Assembly: GCA_964574985.1 (NCBI GenBank)
Contig: CAZNPH010000008.1
Location: forward strand, 13-64,012
From: an uncultured Bacteroidaceae bacterium
GTDB taxonomy: Bacteria; Bacteroidota; Bacteroidia; Bacteroidales; SM23-62
Direction of reading: 5' to 3'
DNA length: 64,000 bases
The notes under the pieces were generated by a model. It searched no databases, was not told the DNA's origin, and was given only the letters and a program-made list of their open reading frames with translations. Below, one piece after another: positions 49,546-62,968 of this stretch. Numbering within the stretch: the stretch's first letter is position 1; each line of letters begins with the position of its first letter. Both the position numbers and the translations under genes were made by a program.

Positions 49546-51507
49546 ATGTCTGATCAAAAGAAATTTGTTCCTTTTGTTTCCCCCGAATCCAAAATGACCG
49601 AATTCTCCGTACGGGCCCTGATCATCGGGCTTGTGCTGGCTGTTTTTCTGGGAGCGGCCAATGCTTACCTGGGTCTCAAGGCCGGAATGACCATTGCGGC
49701 CACTTATCCTGCAGCGGTTCTCGGGATGGCCATCATCAAGGCGCTGCGGGGCTCCATACTCGAAGAAAATTTTGCACGTACCGTCGGGTCAATCGGCGAG
49801 TCGGTCGCTGCAGGGGCGATCTTCACCCTTCCCGCATTTTTTATAGCGGGCATATGGGATCCTTTTTATACACCGGGAAATTATTTCATCTCCACACTGA
49901 TACTGATCGCAGGAGGGATCATGGGCATTATGTTTGTCGCTTTGCTGCGCAGGGTCATGGTGGAAGACCGTGAACTGCCCTTTCCCGAATCGATCGCTGC
50001 TGCCGAGATCCACAAATCCGGAACCCGGGGGGGTACAGGTTCGAAATTCCTTTTTTCGGCCATGGGGGTAGGCGGACTCATAAAGGCGATGGGCGAATTC
50101 AAGTTTTTTGCCGTCAAGTGGCAAAAGATCATATCATTCACCAGGGGGGGCGGTGCCGTCCTTTTCCGGTCACCGGCGGTGAGTCCGGCCTACCTCGGTG
50201 TGGGATACATCATCGGGCCCAGGCTGGCCGGACTCAATTTCAGTGGGGGGATCATTGCCTGGGGGCTTCTGGCACCGGCCATTGCATTCTTCCTCCATTA
50301 CAATGATCTGTCTGCCCCGGGACTCGACTGGAGCGAAGCGATCGTGGACACCTGGGGCACTTATGTCAGACCCATTGCCATCGGGGGCATGCTGGTGGGT
50401 GCAGGTTACACCCTGTGGATGATGCGTAAGAGCTTGATGACCGGACTCGCACGGTCGGTCAGCGACGTAAGAAAGGCCGCCACCGGGGAATCTGCCATCA
50501 AAAGGACAGATGCCGATATCCGGTTCAACAAGGTCATGACGGGAGTGGCCCTGACCGCCGTGGTGACTTTTTTTATATATCATTTTTTTTCACAGAGCAT
50601 TCCGGCCTCCCTGGTGGCCACCCTGGTGATGGTGGTCTTTGGCTTTCTTTTTGCCGCTGTTTCGGGATACCTGGTGGGCATCATCGGTTCAAGCAACAAT
50701 CCCATCAGCGGACTGACCATTTCGGTCCTGGTGGTGGCGGCCATCCTGATGGTTGTGCTGGGAATGAAGGGCACACAGGGAATCGCCGCTGTACTGGGAG
50801 TGGCTGCGGTGGTTTGCGTGGCAGCGGCTGTGGCCGGTGAAATGCTGCAGGACCTGAAAGCAGGCCATGTCCTGGGAGGAACCCCCTGGAAAATGCAGGT
50901 AGGTGATATTCTCGGCGTGTTTCTTTCAGCCGGGGTGATGTTCTTTGTTTTGATGCTCCTCCACGAAGGAGACATTGCCCTGTACGGCAGTGAGGGAGGG
51001 TTCGGCAGCGAAACCCTGCCTGCACCGCAGGCCAGTTTGATGGCTATACTGTCCCGGGGCATCGTGGGCGGAGAAATGGAATGGATCCTGATCGCGGTGG
51101 GCATGCTCATGGGATTCGGATTTATCCTGATGCAGATTAAAAGCCCCATGCTGGTGAGTGTGGGCATGTACCTTCCGCTGGGTACAACGTTTGCTATTTT
51201 TGTAGGCGGACTCTTCAGGGGGTTCGTAGACCGGCGCTGTGCGAAGAGGGGATTCAACGCCGCCCAGAAAGCCAGGGTGCAGAATGTGGGGACTTTGCTG
51301 GCGGCCGGACTCATAGCCGGGGAGGCACTGGCCGGAATTTTGTTTGCCGCTTTTGCTTATTTTGAAGTTCCGGTACCCGTTGTTTTTGAAAAGCCGTCGT
51401 TTACAGTAAGCCTCTTTGTATTCGCATTCATCGGCTGGATACTGGCCCGGTATTCTCTCAGGAATGCCGGGAAGCCGGATGAACCGGAGCCTCCTTCAAC
51501 CATGTAA
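49546..51507 (+). CDS. OPT-family oligopeptide transporter
   Basis: Roughly 650-aa polytopic membrane protein starting at the ATG at 49546 (MSDQKKFVPF). Conserved OPT-like blocks LGLKAGMTIAATYPAAVLGMA, ELPFPES and QDLKAGHVLGGTP. Confidence 0.8.
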   Translation: MSDQKKFVPFVSPESKMTEFSVRALIIGLVLAVFLGAANAYLGLKAGMTIAATYPAAVLGMAIIKALRGSILEENFARTVGSIGESVAAGAIFTLPAFFIAGIWDPFYTPGNYFISTLILIAGGIMGIMFVALLRRVMVEDRELPFPESIAAAEIHKSGTRGGTGSKFLFSAMGVGGLIKAMGEFKFFAVKWQKIISFTRGGGAVLFRSPAVSPAYLGVGYIIGPRLAGLNFSGGIIAWGLLAPAIAFFLHYNDLSAPGLDWSEAIVDTWGTYVRPIAIGGMLVGAGYTLWMMRKSLMTGLARSVSDVRKAATGESAIKRTDADIRFNKVMTGVALTAVVTFFIYHFFSQSIPASLVATLVMVVFGFLFAAVSGYLVGIIGSSNNPISGLTISVLVVAAILMVVLGMKGTQGIAAVLGVAAVVCVAAAVAGEMLQDLKAGHVLGGTPWKMQVGDILGVFLSAGVMFFVLMLLHEGDIALYGSEGGFGSETLPAPQASLMAILSRGIVGGEMEWILIAVGMLMGFGFILMQIKSPMLVSVGMYLPLGTTFAIFVGGLFRGFVDRRCAKRGFNAAQKARVQNVGTLLAAGLIAGEALAGILFAAFAYFEVPVPVVFEKPSFTVSLFVFAFIGWILARYSLRNAGKPDEPEPPSTM

Positions 51508-51536
51508 TTCAAAAAACGCCCAAATATCAGACAATC

Positions 51537-52991
51537 ATGAGCAATGAGATCAAACAGTTGGAACCCAAAAGATTGTGGGAAATATTCTATGAACTGACCC
51601 AGATACCCAGGCCCTCGAAGAAAGAAAGGCAGGCGGTTGAATTTGCCAGGCATTTCGGTGAGGGGTGCGGACTGGAAACGGTGGTGGATGACGCGGGAAA
51701 CGTGATCATCAGAAAACCGGCCACAGAGGGAATGGAAGACCGTCAGACCGTTGTCTTGCAGGGACATCTGGACATGGTCCCGCAAAAAAACAGCAATATC
51801 CGGCACGATTTCGAAAAAGATCCCCTGGATCCCTACGTGGAAGGGGAATGGGTTAAGGCACGTGACACGACCCTGGGTTCTGACAACGGCATTGGCGTTG
51901 CCGCCGCCCTGTCAATCCTGGATTCCGGCAGCATCATCCACGGGCCACTTGAAGTATTGCTTACCGTGGATGAAGAAACCGGGATGACCGGTGCCTTTGA
52001 ACTGGAGGAGGGTGTGCTGAAAGGCAGCATTTTGCTCAATATGGATTCTGAAGATGAAGGAGAGTTGTATATCGGTTGCGCAGGGGGCGTAAATACCACC
52101 GGCATTCTTCACTTCCGAAGGGTAAACACACCCGGTGGCTGCCTGGCGTATAAACTGGAGGTAAACGGACTCAAAGGGGGGCATTCGGGCCTGGATATCC
52201 ATATGGGCCGGGGCAACTCCAATATTTTACTGAACCGGTTTCTGTGGAATGCAGGCAGGGAATACGGACTGCGGATATCCGGAATCGAAGGGGGAAGCCT
52301 GAGAAATGCCATTCCCAGGGAATCGACCGCATGGGTGGTGGTTCCCGAAAAACACCGGCAAGACTTCCTGGATGCGGTGGATGCCTATGAAAAAACCCTG
52401 AAAAATGAACTGGGGACCGTCGAGCCCGGACTGAAGTTCCGGGCAGAAAAGGCGGATAAGCCCGGGTCGGTAATGGATACGGATTCCCAGGAAAGATTAC
52501 TGAATGCAGTGTATGGAATTCCCAACGGCGTGGCCCGTATGAGCAACGATTTCCCGGGGGTGGTGGAAACTTCAGGCAACCTGGCCATTGTTAAAACAAC
52601 AGGGGATCACACAGAGGTGCTTTGTCTTTTGCGCAGCTCCGTGGATTCTGCCAAAACCGATCTCGCCGGCAAAGTCCAGAGCGTGATGGAACTTGCCGGT
52701 TTTACGGTCACCCATAACGGTGCATATCCCGGATGGAAACCAGATCCGGGATCATCCATACTGCAGGTCATGAAAGAGGTTTACCGGTGCAGATTCGGAA
52801 AAACCCCCGCCATCAAAGTGATCCATGCAGGTCTGGAATGCGGGATCATCGGGGACAAGCATCCCGGACTGGATATGATCTCCTTCGGCCCGACCATCCG
52901 TTACCCCCATTCTCCCGATGAGATGGTGAACATCAAAACGGTACAGAAATTCTGGGATTTCCTTCTGGAAACCTTGAAGTCAGTCCCTTAA
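51537..52991 (+). CDS. pepD: Aminoacyl-histidine dipeptidase (M20C, PepD-like)
   Basis: 484-aa ORF. Motifs IPRPSKKE, VVLQGHLDMV, LGSDNGIG, TVDEETGMTGA and HAGLECG. Confidence 0.9.
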   Translation: MSNEIKQLEPKRLWEIFYELTQIPRPSKKERQAVEFARHFGEGCGLETVVDDAGNVIIRKPATEGMEDRQTVVLQGHLDMVPQKNSNIRHDFEKDPLDPYVEGEWVKARDTTLGSDNGIGVAAALSILDSGSIIHGPLEVLLTVDEETGMTGAFELEEGVLKGSILLNMDSEDEGELYIGCAGGVNTTGILHFRRVNTPGGCLAYKLEVNGLKGGHSGLDIHMGRGNSNILLNRFLWNAGREYGLRISGIEGGSLRNAIPRESTAWVVVPEKHRQDFLDAVDAYEKTLKNELGTVEPGLKFRAEKADKPGSVMDTDSQERLLNAVYGIPNGVARMSNDFPGVVETSGNLAIVKTTGDHTEVLCLLRSSVDSAKTDLAGKVQSVMELAGFTVTHNGAYPGWKPDPGSSILQVMKEVYRCRFGKTPAIKVIHAGLECGIIGDKHPGLDMISFGPTIRYPHSPDEMVNIKTVQKFWDFLLETLKSVP

Positions 52992-53944
52992 AAAACCTGC
53001 CGGGCGATCTGCCTGATGTTATCAGGTATGCTGATGGTGTAGTAATGGATGGCAGGAACCCCCGCCTTTTTTAATTCCATGGACTGCCCGACGGTCCATT
53101 CAATGCCTGCATCCCGGGTTTCTTCATCGGTTTTGCATTTGCTGATCCGCCTGGTCAGTGCTTCCGGTATTTCGACGCTGAAGGTTCTGGGCAGCAATTC
53201 TATGTCTCTCCGGAAAGTCACCGGCTTGAGTCCGGGTACAATGGGCACATCGATGCCTTCTTTTCGGCAGCGTTCCACGAAACGGAAATATTTCCGGTTG
53301 TCAAAAAACATCTGGGTGACCACATAATCGGCCCCTGCATCTACTTTTTCCCTGAGGTGTTGCAAATCGGTTTCCATATTGGGAGCCTCACAGTGTTTCT
53401 CAGGATATCCGGCCACACCCACACAAAAATCGGTGGGAGAGGCATTGGCCAGATTCTCATCCAGGTATATCCCGTGGTTCATTCTTTCTACCTGCCTGAC
53501 CAGGTCGGATGCATATTTGTGTCCGCCTTTCTCGGGAATAAAACGCCGGTACCCTTTCGGCGGATCCCCCCTCAGGACAAGAATGTTGTGAATCCCGAGA
53601 TAATGCAGGTCGATCAGCGCATCCTCAGTTTCTTCAACGGTAAAACCCCCGCAGATGATATGGGGTACAACGTCCACATGATACTTATTCATAACCGCTG
53701 CCGAAATGGCCACCGTTCCGGGCCTTTTCCTGACCACCTTTTTTTTCACAAGGTCCCCTTCTTCCGCATTTTTGTATACTACTTCCTGCTGGTGATATGT
53801 GATGTTGATCATCATTGGATCAAATTCGATCAGGCTGTCAATGATCCGGTAAACCTGTCCGATCCTGCCTCCCTTGACCGGGGGCAGCAATTCGAAGGAG
53901 AACAGGGTTTTGTCTGTCTTCCTGAGCTTTTCAATTACCTTCAT
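52988..53944 (-). CDS. metF: Methylenetetrahydrofolate reductase
   Basis: 318-aa ORF. MetF blocks FSFELLPP, NITYHQ, PHIICGG, LVLRGDPP, DYVVTQMFFD and VPIVPGLKP. It lies 1 nt downstream of metH. Confidence 0.9.
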   Translation of the reverse strand: MKVIEKLRKTDKTLFSFELLPPVKGGRIGQVYRIIDSLIEFDPMMINITYHQQEVVYKNAEEGDLVKKKVVRKRPGTVAISAAVMNKYHVDVVPHIICGGFTVEETEDALIDLHYLGIHNILVLRGDPPKGYRRFIPEKGGHKYASDLVRQVERMNHGIYLDENLANASPTDFCVGVAGYPEKHCEAPNMETDLQHLREKVDAGADYVVTQMFFDNRKYFRFVERCRKEGIDVPIVPGLKPVTFRRDIELLPRTFSVEIPEALTRRISKCKTDEETRDAGIEWTVGQSMELKKAGVPAIHYYTISIPDNIRQIARQVF

Positions 53945-53945
53945 A

Positions 53946-57620
<3,675 letters not shown>

Positions 57621-57692
57621 GTATAATCGCTTGTTGTCCTGATTGGGTTTCCTTGCACGACCGCCGGAAATGAAATATCCCGGCAATCCGGC

Positions 57693-59606
57693 TCACACGA
57701 AAAGCTTCCGCATAACCTTCATGTTCTCGTCATGCATTATGTTCCTGGCTTCGGGGGTATACAGGTAACCGATCAGTGAGGCATATTTGTCGGTGATCTT
57801 TCCCCGTACAATTTTCATGGTGCTGTTCACCAGCCGGTTCTCCTCGGTGAATCCTTCTTCCGGAACACCAACGGCTGCGGGGAGCCAGCGATGGGGAAAC
57901 ATGTCTTCATGTTCTCCGCCCTTGCGGAACCGGTTGATCTCCTCAAGGATCTTTTCCAGCATGGCTTTTTGTCCGTCAATAGACGACGGATCCATGCGGT
58001 TTTGTTCTGCCCATTTTTTCAGGGCTTCACGGTTCACCACCAGGAGTCCGACAGTATACGGATTCTGGTTGTTGTAAAGCATGCATTGTTCAATGAAAGA
58101 AGAGTGCTCGATCAATGCCTCCTCAATGCCTTCCGGACTGAATTTCTCCCCGTCATCGGCAATCAGAAGGCTTTTAAAACGCCCCAGGACATAGAGAAAT
58201 CCGTCCCGGTCGAGATATCCCAGGTCTCCTGTGTGCAGCCAGCCATCCCGAAGCGTTTTTGCAGTGGCCTTTTCGTTTTTCCAGTAACCGGCCATAACAT
58301 TTTCTCCTTTTACCACGATCTCGCCCTTTTCTCCCACCGGGATTTCGTTGCCTTCTTCATTGCATATTTTCACCTCCAGGTTGCCGGCAATATATCCTGA
58401 TGATCCGAGTTTGTGCCGGGCCTCGGAATTGGAGGAGATCACCGGGGCAGCCTCGGTGAGTCCGTACCCCTGGAACATGGGGATACCCAGGGCATAAAAA
58501 AACCTTTGCAGTTCAATGTCCAGCAGGGCGCCTCCGCCTATGAAAAACCGGAGTTTGCCCCCGAATCCTTCCCTGACCCTGGAAAACAGGATCCTGTCGA
58601 ACAAAAAAACAAGCGGTTTTAACAGCATTTTAAACCCTTTTCCCCTGTTCCACCCGTTGCCGTTATACCTGTACGCGACCCGGAGTCCGGCCCCGAACAA
58701 TTGCACCGCCATTGCTCCTTTCTCACGGATGCCCCGTTCGATGTTCTTCCTGAAATTTTTGGCCAGGGCCGGTACGCTCAGCAGAAAAACGGGCTTTACC
58801 TGTTTGATGTTGACCGGTATGTTCTTCAGTGTCTCCATGGTGCTTTTTCCTGCCTGAACGGATGCCATGCTCGCCCCCGCGGAAATGATGGTATATATAC
58901 CGGCGGTATGGGCAAAAGAATGGTCCCAGGGAAGGATCAGCAGGGTGGTATACCATTCGGGAACGGGCATCAGGCTCCTGCATTGCTGCACATTGGCCGT
59001 GTAATTCCCGTGGGTAAGCATGATACCTTTCGGATCTGCGGTTGTCCCGGAAGTATAACATATGTTGGCTGTATCATTGCCCCGGACGGATGTCCATCTT
59101 TCACGGAATTCCGGGGGGGATTTTTCCAGGAATTCATTTCCGGTCTTGCGGACATCACCGGCATACACTTCATTTTTGGCATATTCTTCTGCAGGATCCA
59201 GCAGGATGATCTTTTTGAGAACCGGCGACAGTGAATGCCTGATCTTGTCTGTTTTCCAGACCTGCCCGGCAGAAACGATCAACATGCAGGAACCGGAATG
59301 TTCCAGCCGGAACCGGATCTCTTCTTCAGTCAGTTTAACCGAGAGGGGCACATTGACAGCCCCCGCGTACAGGATTCCCAGTTCACTGACCAGCCAGTCT
59401 TTCCGTCCTTCTGCGATCAGTGCGATCCGGTCCCCTTTCCGAATACCCAGGGATATGAGTCCGGCCCCGAATTCATGAACTTCCCTGCGCACTTCTTCAT
59501 AGGTGGAGGATTCATACTTTCCCGAAGTGTTTTCCATGATCAGAACATTCCCGGCATACCGGTCCGCACTTTCATGAAACAGCTGGTTTAGGGTTTTCAT
59601 AAACAT
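57693..59606 (-). CDS. AMP-dependent synthetase/ligase (long-chain fatty acid-CoA ligase-like)
   Basis: The ATG at 59606 or 59600 (MFMKTLNQLF) is preferred over the long track start at 59720. AMP-binding motif YTSGTTADPKGIMLTHGN, plus GYGLTE and TGDLGYLDRDGFLYVLGR. Confidence 0.85.
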   Translation of the reverse strand: MFMKTLNQLFHESADRYAGNVLIMENTSGKYESSTYEEVRREVHEFGAGLISLGIRKGDRIALIAEGRKDWLVSELGILYAGAVNVPLSVKLTEEEIRFRLEHSGSCMLIVSAGQVWKTDKIRHSLSPVLKKIILLDPAEEYAKNEVYAGDVRKTGNEFLEKSPPEFRERWTSVRGNDTANICYTSGTTADPKGIMLTHGNYTANVQQCRSLMPVPEWYTTLLILPWDHSFAHTAGIYTIISAGASMASVQAGKSTMETLKNIPVNIKQVKPVFLLSVPALAKNFRKNIERGIREKGAMAVQLFGAGLRVAYRYNGNGWNRGKGFKMLLKPLVFLFDRILFSRVREGFGGKLRFFIGGGALLDIELQRFFYALGIPMFQGYGLTEAAPVISSNSEARHKLGSSGYIAGNLEVKICNEEGNEIPVGEKGEIVVKGENVMAGYWKNEKATAKTLRDGWLHTGDLGYLDRDGFLYVLGRFKSLLIADDGEKFSPEGIEEALIEHSSFIEQCMLYNNQNPYTVGLLVVNREALKKWAEQNRMDPSSIDGQKAMLEKILEEINRFRKGGEHEDMFPHRWLPAAVGVPEEGFTEENRLVNSTMKIVRGKITDKYASLIGYLYTPEARNIMHDENMKVMRKLFV

Positions 59607-59692
59607 GAAGTTCTGGTATCTGGTAAAACAAACCTTAAATATACTAAAAAGCATGTAGATAAAAATAAGTTTGCCTTCAGGAAGAATTATGC

Positions 59693-59700
59693 TATTTTTG
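59693..59700 (+). promoter_or_regulatory. Candidate -7 promoter box (TATTTTTG) for the MFS transporter gene
   Basis: The plus strand reads TATTTTTG, 23 nt upstream of the ATG at 59724. A second match, TAAGTTTG, is at 59666-59673. Confidence 0.35.
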
Positions 59701-59723
59701 GTTCCGGATCCGCAAGGCATTTC

Positions 59724-61115
59724 ATGGAAGCAATTCGCAAAACCCTGGATGAATCCGCATTGGCCAGGTGGCTGATCCTGCTGCTGATCAGTTTTACCAT
59801 GGCAGCGAACTACTATTTCTATGATGCCCTTTCGCCGCTGAAACAGTTTATGGGTGAAAAACTGGGCTTTCGTTCTGCCGATTACGGTTTTTTTGTTTCT
59901 GCGTACTCCTTTCCCAATGTTTTTCTGGGAATGGCTGTTTTCGGGGGGATCATTGCCGACCGTCTCGGGATCCGGATCACCGGATTTGCTTTTGTCCTGA
60001 TGATGTTCCTGGGATCGCTGATCACTGCTTACGGGGCAACGGACTATTACAATCAGGGCGGGGTGGGGTATACATTCATGAATTCATTCCTGCCCGGATA
60101 TTCGCCCGCCTTGAAAATGATGTCTTTCGGGTATTTTTTGTTCGGAATGGGTGCGGAAACAAGCATCGTGGTGATCACCAAAGCCGTTGTCAAATGGTTC
60201 AAGGGAAAAGAACTGGCCCTGGCTCTGGGCATCAATCTGGCCATTGCACGGCTGGGTTCGGCCATGTCCCTGATCGTAACCCCCATGCTCCTTGAACCGG
60301 AGTGGACCCGGCCCATCTGGTTCGGCGCCCTGCTGCTCGGGATCGGATTGCTGGCCTTTCTCATATATATTGTTTTTGATGTGCGGATCGACCGCCAGAA
60401 AAATCTGCGCATTGACCCGGAGGACAGGTTCAGGTTTTCCGATCTGGTCAGACTTATGGGCAACCGCTCTTTCATTTACATTACCTTGCTCTGCGTAACT
60501 TTTTATTCAGCTGTTTTCCCCTTCATTAAGTTTGCTCCCGATTTGTTGCAGAACAAGTTTGACTTCAACATCTCTCTGAGCGGCACAGTCACTTCCATGG
60601 TCTATTTCGGAACCATTGTTTTCACCCCGCTTTTCGGCTGGTTTGCCGACAACAGGGGAAAAAGCACTTCCATCATGATCCTGGGATCGGTGTTGCTTAT
60701 CGTGGTTCATCTGACCCTGGCCCTGACCGGTATTTCCGCCTATTTGCCAATGTTCCTGCTGGGTGTCGCTTTTTCCCTGATACCGGCTGCCATGTGGCCT
60801 TCGGTAGCCAGGATCGTTGCAGAGAAAAGACTGGGAACCGCTTACGGATTGATGTTTTCCATTCAGAACCTGGGGTTGTGGGCATTTCCGATCCTGATCG
60901 GGATTGTGCTCGACCGTTCCAATCCGGGTGTTACTCCGGAGCTGGTGGCCAAGGGACTGGCACGTTATGATTATACGAATCCTGTTTTGATGCTGGCCGG
61001 ACTCGGAGTGGTGGGACTGATCTTTGCTTTTCTTCTGAAGAAAGAGGACAAGATTTCGGGGTACGGACTCGAATTGCCGAATAAAGCGAAGGATGATCAG
61101 AGCCGGACGAACTGA
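59724..61115 (+). CDS. MFS transporter (substrate unknown)
   Basis: 463-aa ORF with about 12 hydrophobic segments and MFS-like loop motifs (GGIIADRLGIR, FGWFADNRGK). Confidence 0.75.
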   Translation: MEAIRKTLDESALARWLILLLISFTMAANYYFYDALSPLKQFMGEKLGFRSADYGFFVSAYSFPNVFLGMAVFGGIIADRLGIRITGFAFVLMMFLGSLITAYGATDYYNQGGVGYTFMNSFLPGYSPALKMMSFGYFLFGMGAETSIVVITKAVVKWFKGKELALALGINLAIARLGSAMSLIVTPMLLEPEWTRPIWFGALLLGIGLLAFLIYIVFDVRIDRQKNLRIDPEDRFRFSDLVRLMGNRSFIYITLLCVTFYSAVFPFIKFAPDLLQNKFDFNISLSGTVTSMVYFGTIVFTPLFGWFADNRGKSTSIMILGSVLLIVVHLTLALTGISAYLPMFLLGVAFSLIPAAMWPSVARIVAEKRLGTAYGLMFSIQNLGLWAFPILIGIVLDRSNPGVTPELVAKGLARYDYTNPVLMLAGLGVVGLIFAFLLKKEDKISGYGLELPNKAKDDQSRTN

Positions 61116-62368
61116 TTCCTGTCCGCTCCCACCGAAACCACCTCCACGGGTACATGGATCTCTCCTTCGATGAATTTGATATAATCCATGATTTCCCGGG
61201 GAAGGTTTTCTTTTCTTTCGACTCCGGAAAGATTTTCAGACCATGAAGGCATTTCGGTATAGACCGCCTGAATGTCACCGGTGAGCCGGTAGGGGAGTGA
61301 ACGGATTTCTTTGCCCCCGATCCTGTATGCCGGGCATACTTTGATCTTTTTAAAGTGGGACAGCACATCGGCCTTGGTCATGATTAGCCGGGTAATCCCG
61401 TTGAGCATAACGGAGTAACGCAAAACCACCAGGTCAAGCCAGCCGCAACGCCTTGGCCTCCCCGTGGTAGACCCGTACTCATTGCCATGGTTCCTGAGGC
61501 GTTCCCCGGTTTTACCTTTCTCTTCGGTTGGAAAAGGTCCGCCCCCTACACGGGTGCAATATGCCTTGAATATCCCCATAACCTCCCCGATCTGACGGGG
61601 GGCAATGCCCAGTCCGGTACAGGCTGCGGCACATAAGGTATTGGAGGAAGTCACATAGGGATACGAACCGAAGTCAATATCCAGCATGGTGCCCTGTGCA
61701 CCTTCTGCCAGAATGGATTTTCCCTGTGCAATGTATTCATTGACCAGATGTTCACTGTCCACCAGCTCAAAATCCTTCAGCAATTCAATGCCATCGAACC
61801 AGCCTTTTTCATGTTCCCTGAGATCATATTCGAAACCGGGATACTGCCGGAGAATATCCTGATGCTTCCGGGTCAGAAAATCATATTTTCCCCTGAAACC
61901 ATCTTCAAGGATGTCCCCGACCCGGAGTCCGTTCCTGCCGGTCTTGTCCATATACGTGGGGCCGATGCCCTTCAGGGTGGATCCGATCTTTGTTTTCCCC
62001 TTGGCCGCTTCGGAGGCAGCATCCAGAATTCTGTGGGTGGGCAGGATCAGATGCGCTTTGCGGGATATTCTGAGGCTTTCCCGTGGCTCGACACCCAGAT
62101 CCCTGATGGTTCTGACTTCCTTGTGGAAGATCATGGGATCCAGGACCACACCGTTCCCGATCAGGTTAATGGTACCTTTCCTGAATATCCCGGAAGGAAT
62201 ATTATGCAGGATATGTTTGATGTTGTTGAATTCAAGGGTATGCCCGGCATTGGGGCCCCCCTGGAAACGGGCTACTACATCATATTCCGGCGTGATCACG
62301 TCAACGATCTTTCCCTTTCCTTCATCTCCCCACTGAGTACCAAGTAAAACATCAACTTTCATGGCCAT
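61097..62368 (-). CDS. purA: Adenylosuccinate synthase
   Basis: 423-aa ORF. Motifs GTQWGDEGKGKIVD, QGGPNAGHT, GIGPTY and GTTGRPRRCGW. Confidence 0.95.
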   Translation of the reverse strand: MAMKVDVLLGTQWGDEGKGKIVDVITPEYDVVARFQGGPNAGHTLEFNNIKHILHNIPSGIFRKGTINLIGNGVVLDPMIFHKEVRTIRDLGVEPRESLRISRKAHLILPTHRILDAASEAAKGKTKIGSTLKGIGPTYMDKTGRNGLRVGDILEDGFRGKYDFLTRKHQDILRQYPGFEYDLREHEKGWFDGIELLKDFELVDSEHLVNEYIAQGKSILAEGAQGTMLDIDFGSYPYVTSSNTLCAAACTGLGIAPRQIGEVMGIFKAYCTRVGGGPFPTEEKGKTGERLRNHGNEYGSTTGRPRRCGWLDLVVLRYSVMLNGITRLIMTKADVLSHFKKIKVCPAYRIGGKEIRSLPYRLTGDIQAVYTEMPSWSENLSGVERKENLPREIMDYIKFIEGEIHVPVEVVSVGADRNQFVRL

Positions 62369-62436
62369 TGCATTGGATTTTCAAAAAACCGGTTCAAGGT
62401 ACGAAGATTTTAAGATCCGGAAAGAAACAGCCGGGA

Positions 62437-62886
62437 TTAATTTCCCTTATCGCCTTTATTTGTACCGTATATGTAAAGCGAATGGTGAGAAGAGGTGAAA
62501 TTGTTGAGCTCACAGGCGGTCTTGACAATCTCCTGTATTCTCGGGTCACAGAATTCGATAACCCTCCCGGTCATGATGTCGATCAGATGGTCGTGCTGGA
62601 CACACTGGTAGGATCTTTCAAATTGTGCGATATTTTTGCCGAATTGATGTTTGATGACCAGATTGCAGTCCAGCAGCAATTCGATGGTATTGTACAAGGT
62701 GGCCCGGCTGACCCGGTAGTTTTTGTTCTTCATGAAAATATACAGGGATTCGATATCGAAATGTCCCTCTCTTGAATATATTTCATCCAGTATGGCAAAT
62801 CTTTCGGGGGTCTTCCGGTGGCCTTTTTTCTCGAGATACTCAGTAAATATTTTCCTGACCGTTTCCCGGGTCTGTTCCCTGGACAT
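62437..62886 (-). CDS. Fur-family transcriptional regulator (no CxxC pairs)
   Basis: 149-aa ORF. It has a winged-helix N-terminal half ([27 protein letters not shown]) and the HDHLI motif. The usual C-x-x-C positions read IDIMTG, and the C-terminus has no cysteine pair. Confidence 0.8.
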   Translation of the reverse strand: MSREQTRETVRKIFTEYLEKKGHRKTPERFAILDEIYSREGHFDIESLYIFMKNKNYRVSRATLYNTIELLLDCNLVIKHQFGKNIAQFERSYQCVQHDHLIDIMTGRVIEFCDPRIQEIVKTACELNNFTSSHHSLYIYGTNKGDKGN

Positions 62887-62968
62887 AACTTAGTCTAATT
62901 AAAAATTAGTTGACAAATTACACATTTTTTTTCATTCCGAAAAAATGGTTTGTGTTTTTTATCCGGAC

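Noticed and set aside
57621-57692. I looked for a SAM or cobalamin riboswitch, or a promoter, upstream of metH.
   Set aside because: Only about 70 nt separate metH from the upstream acyl-CoA ligase gene. That is too short for those riboswitch classes, and no conserved cores or TAnnTTTG box were seen. metH may be read through from upstream.
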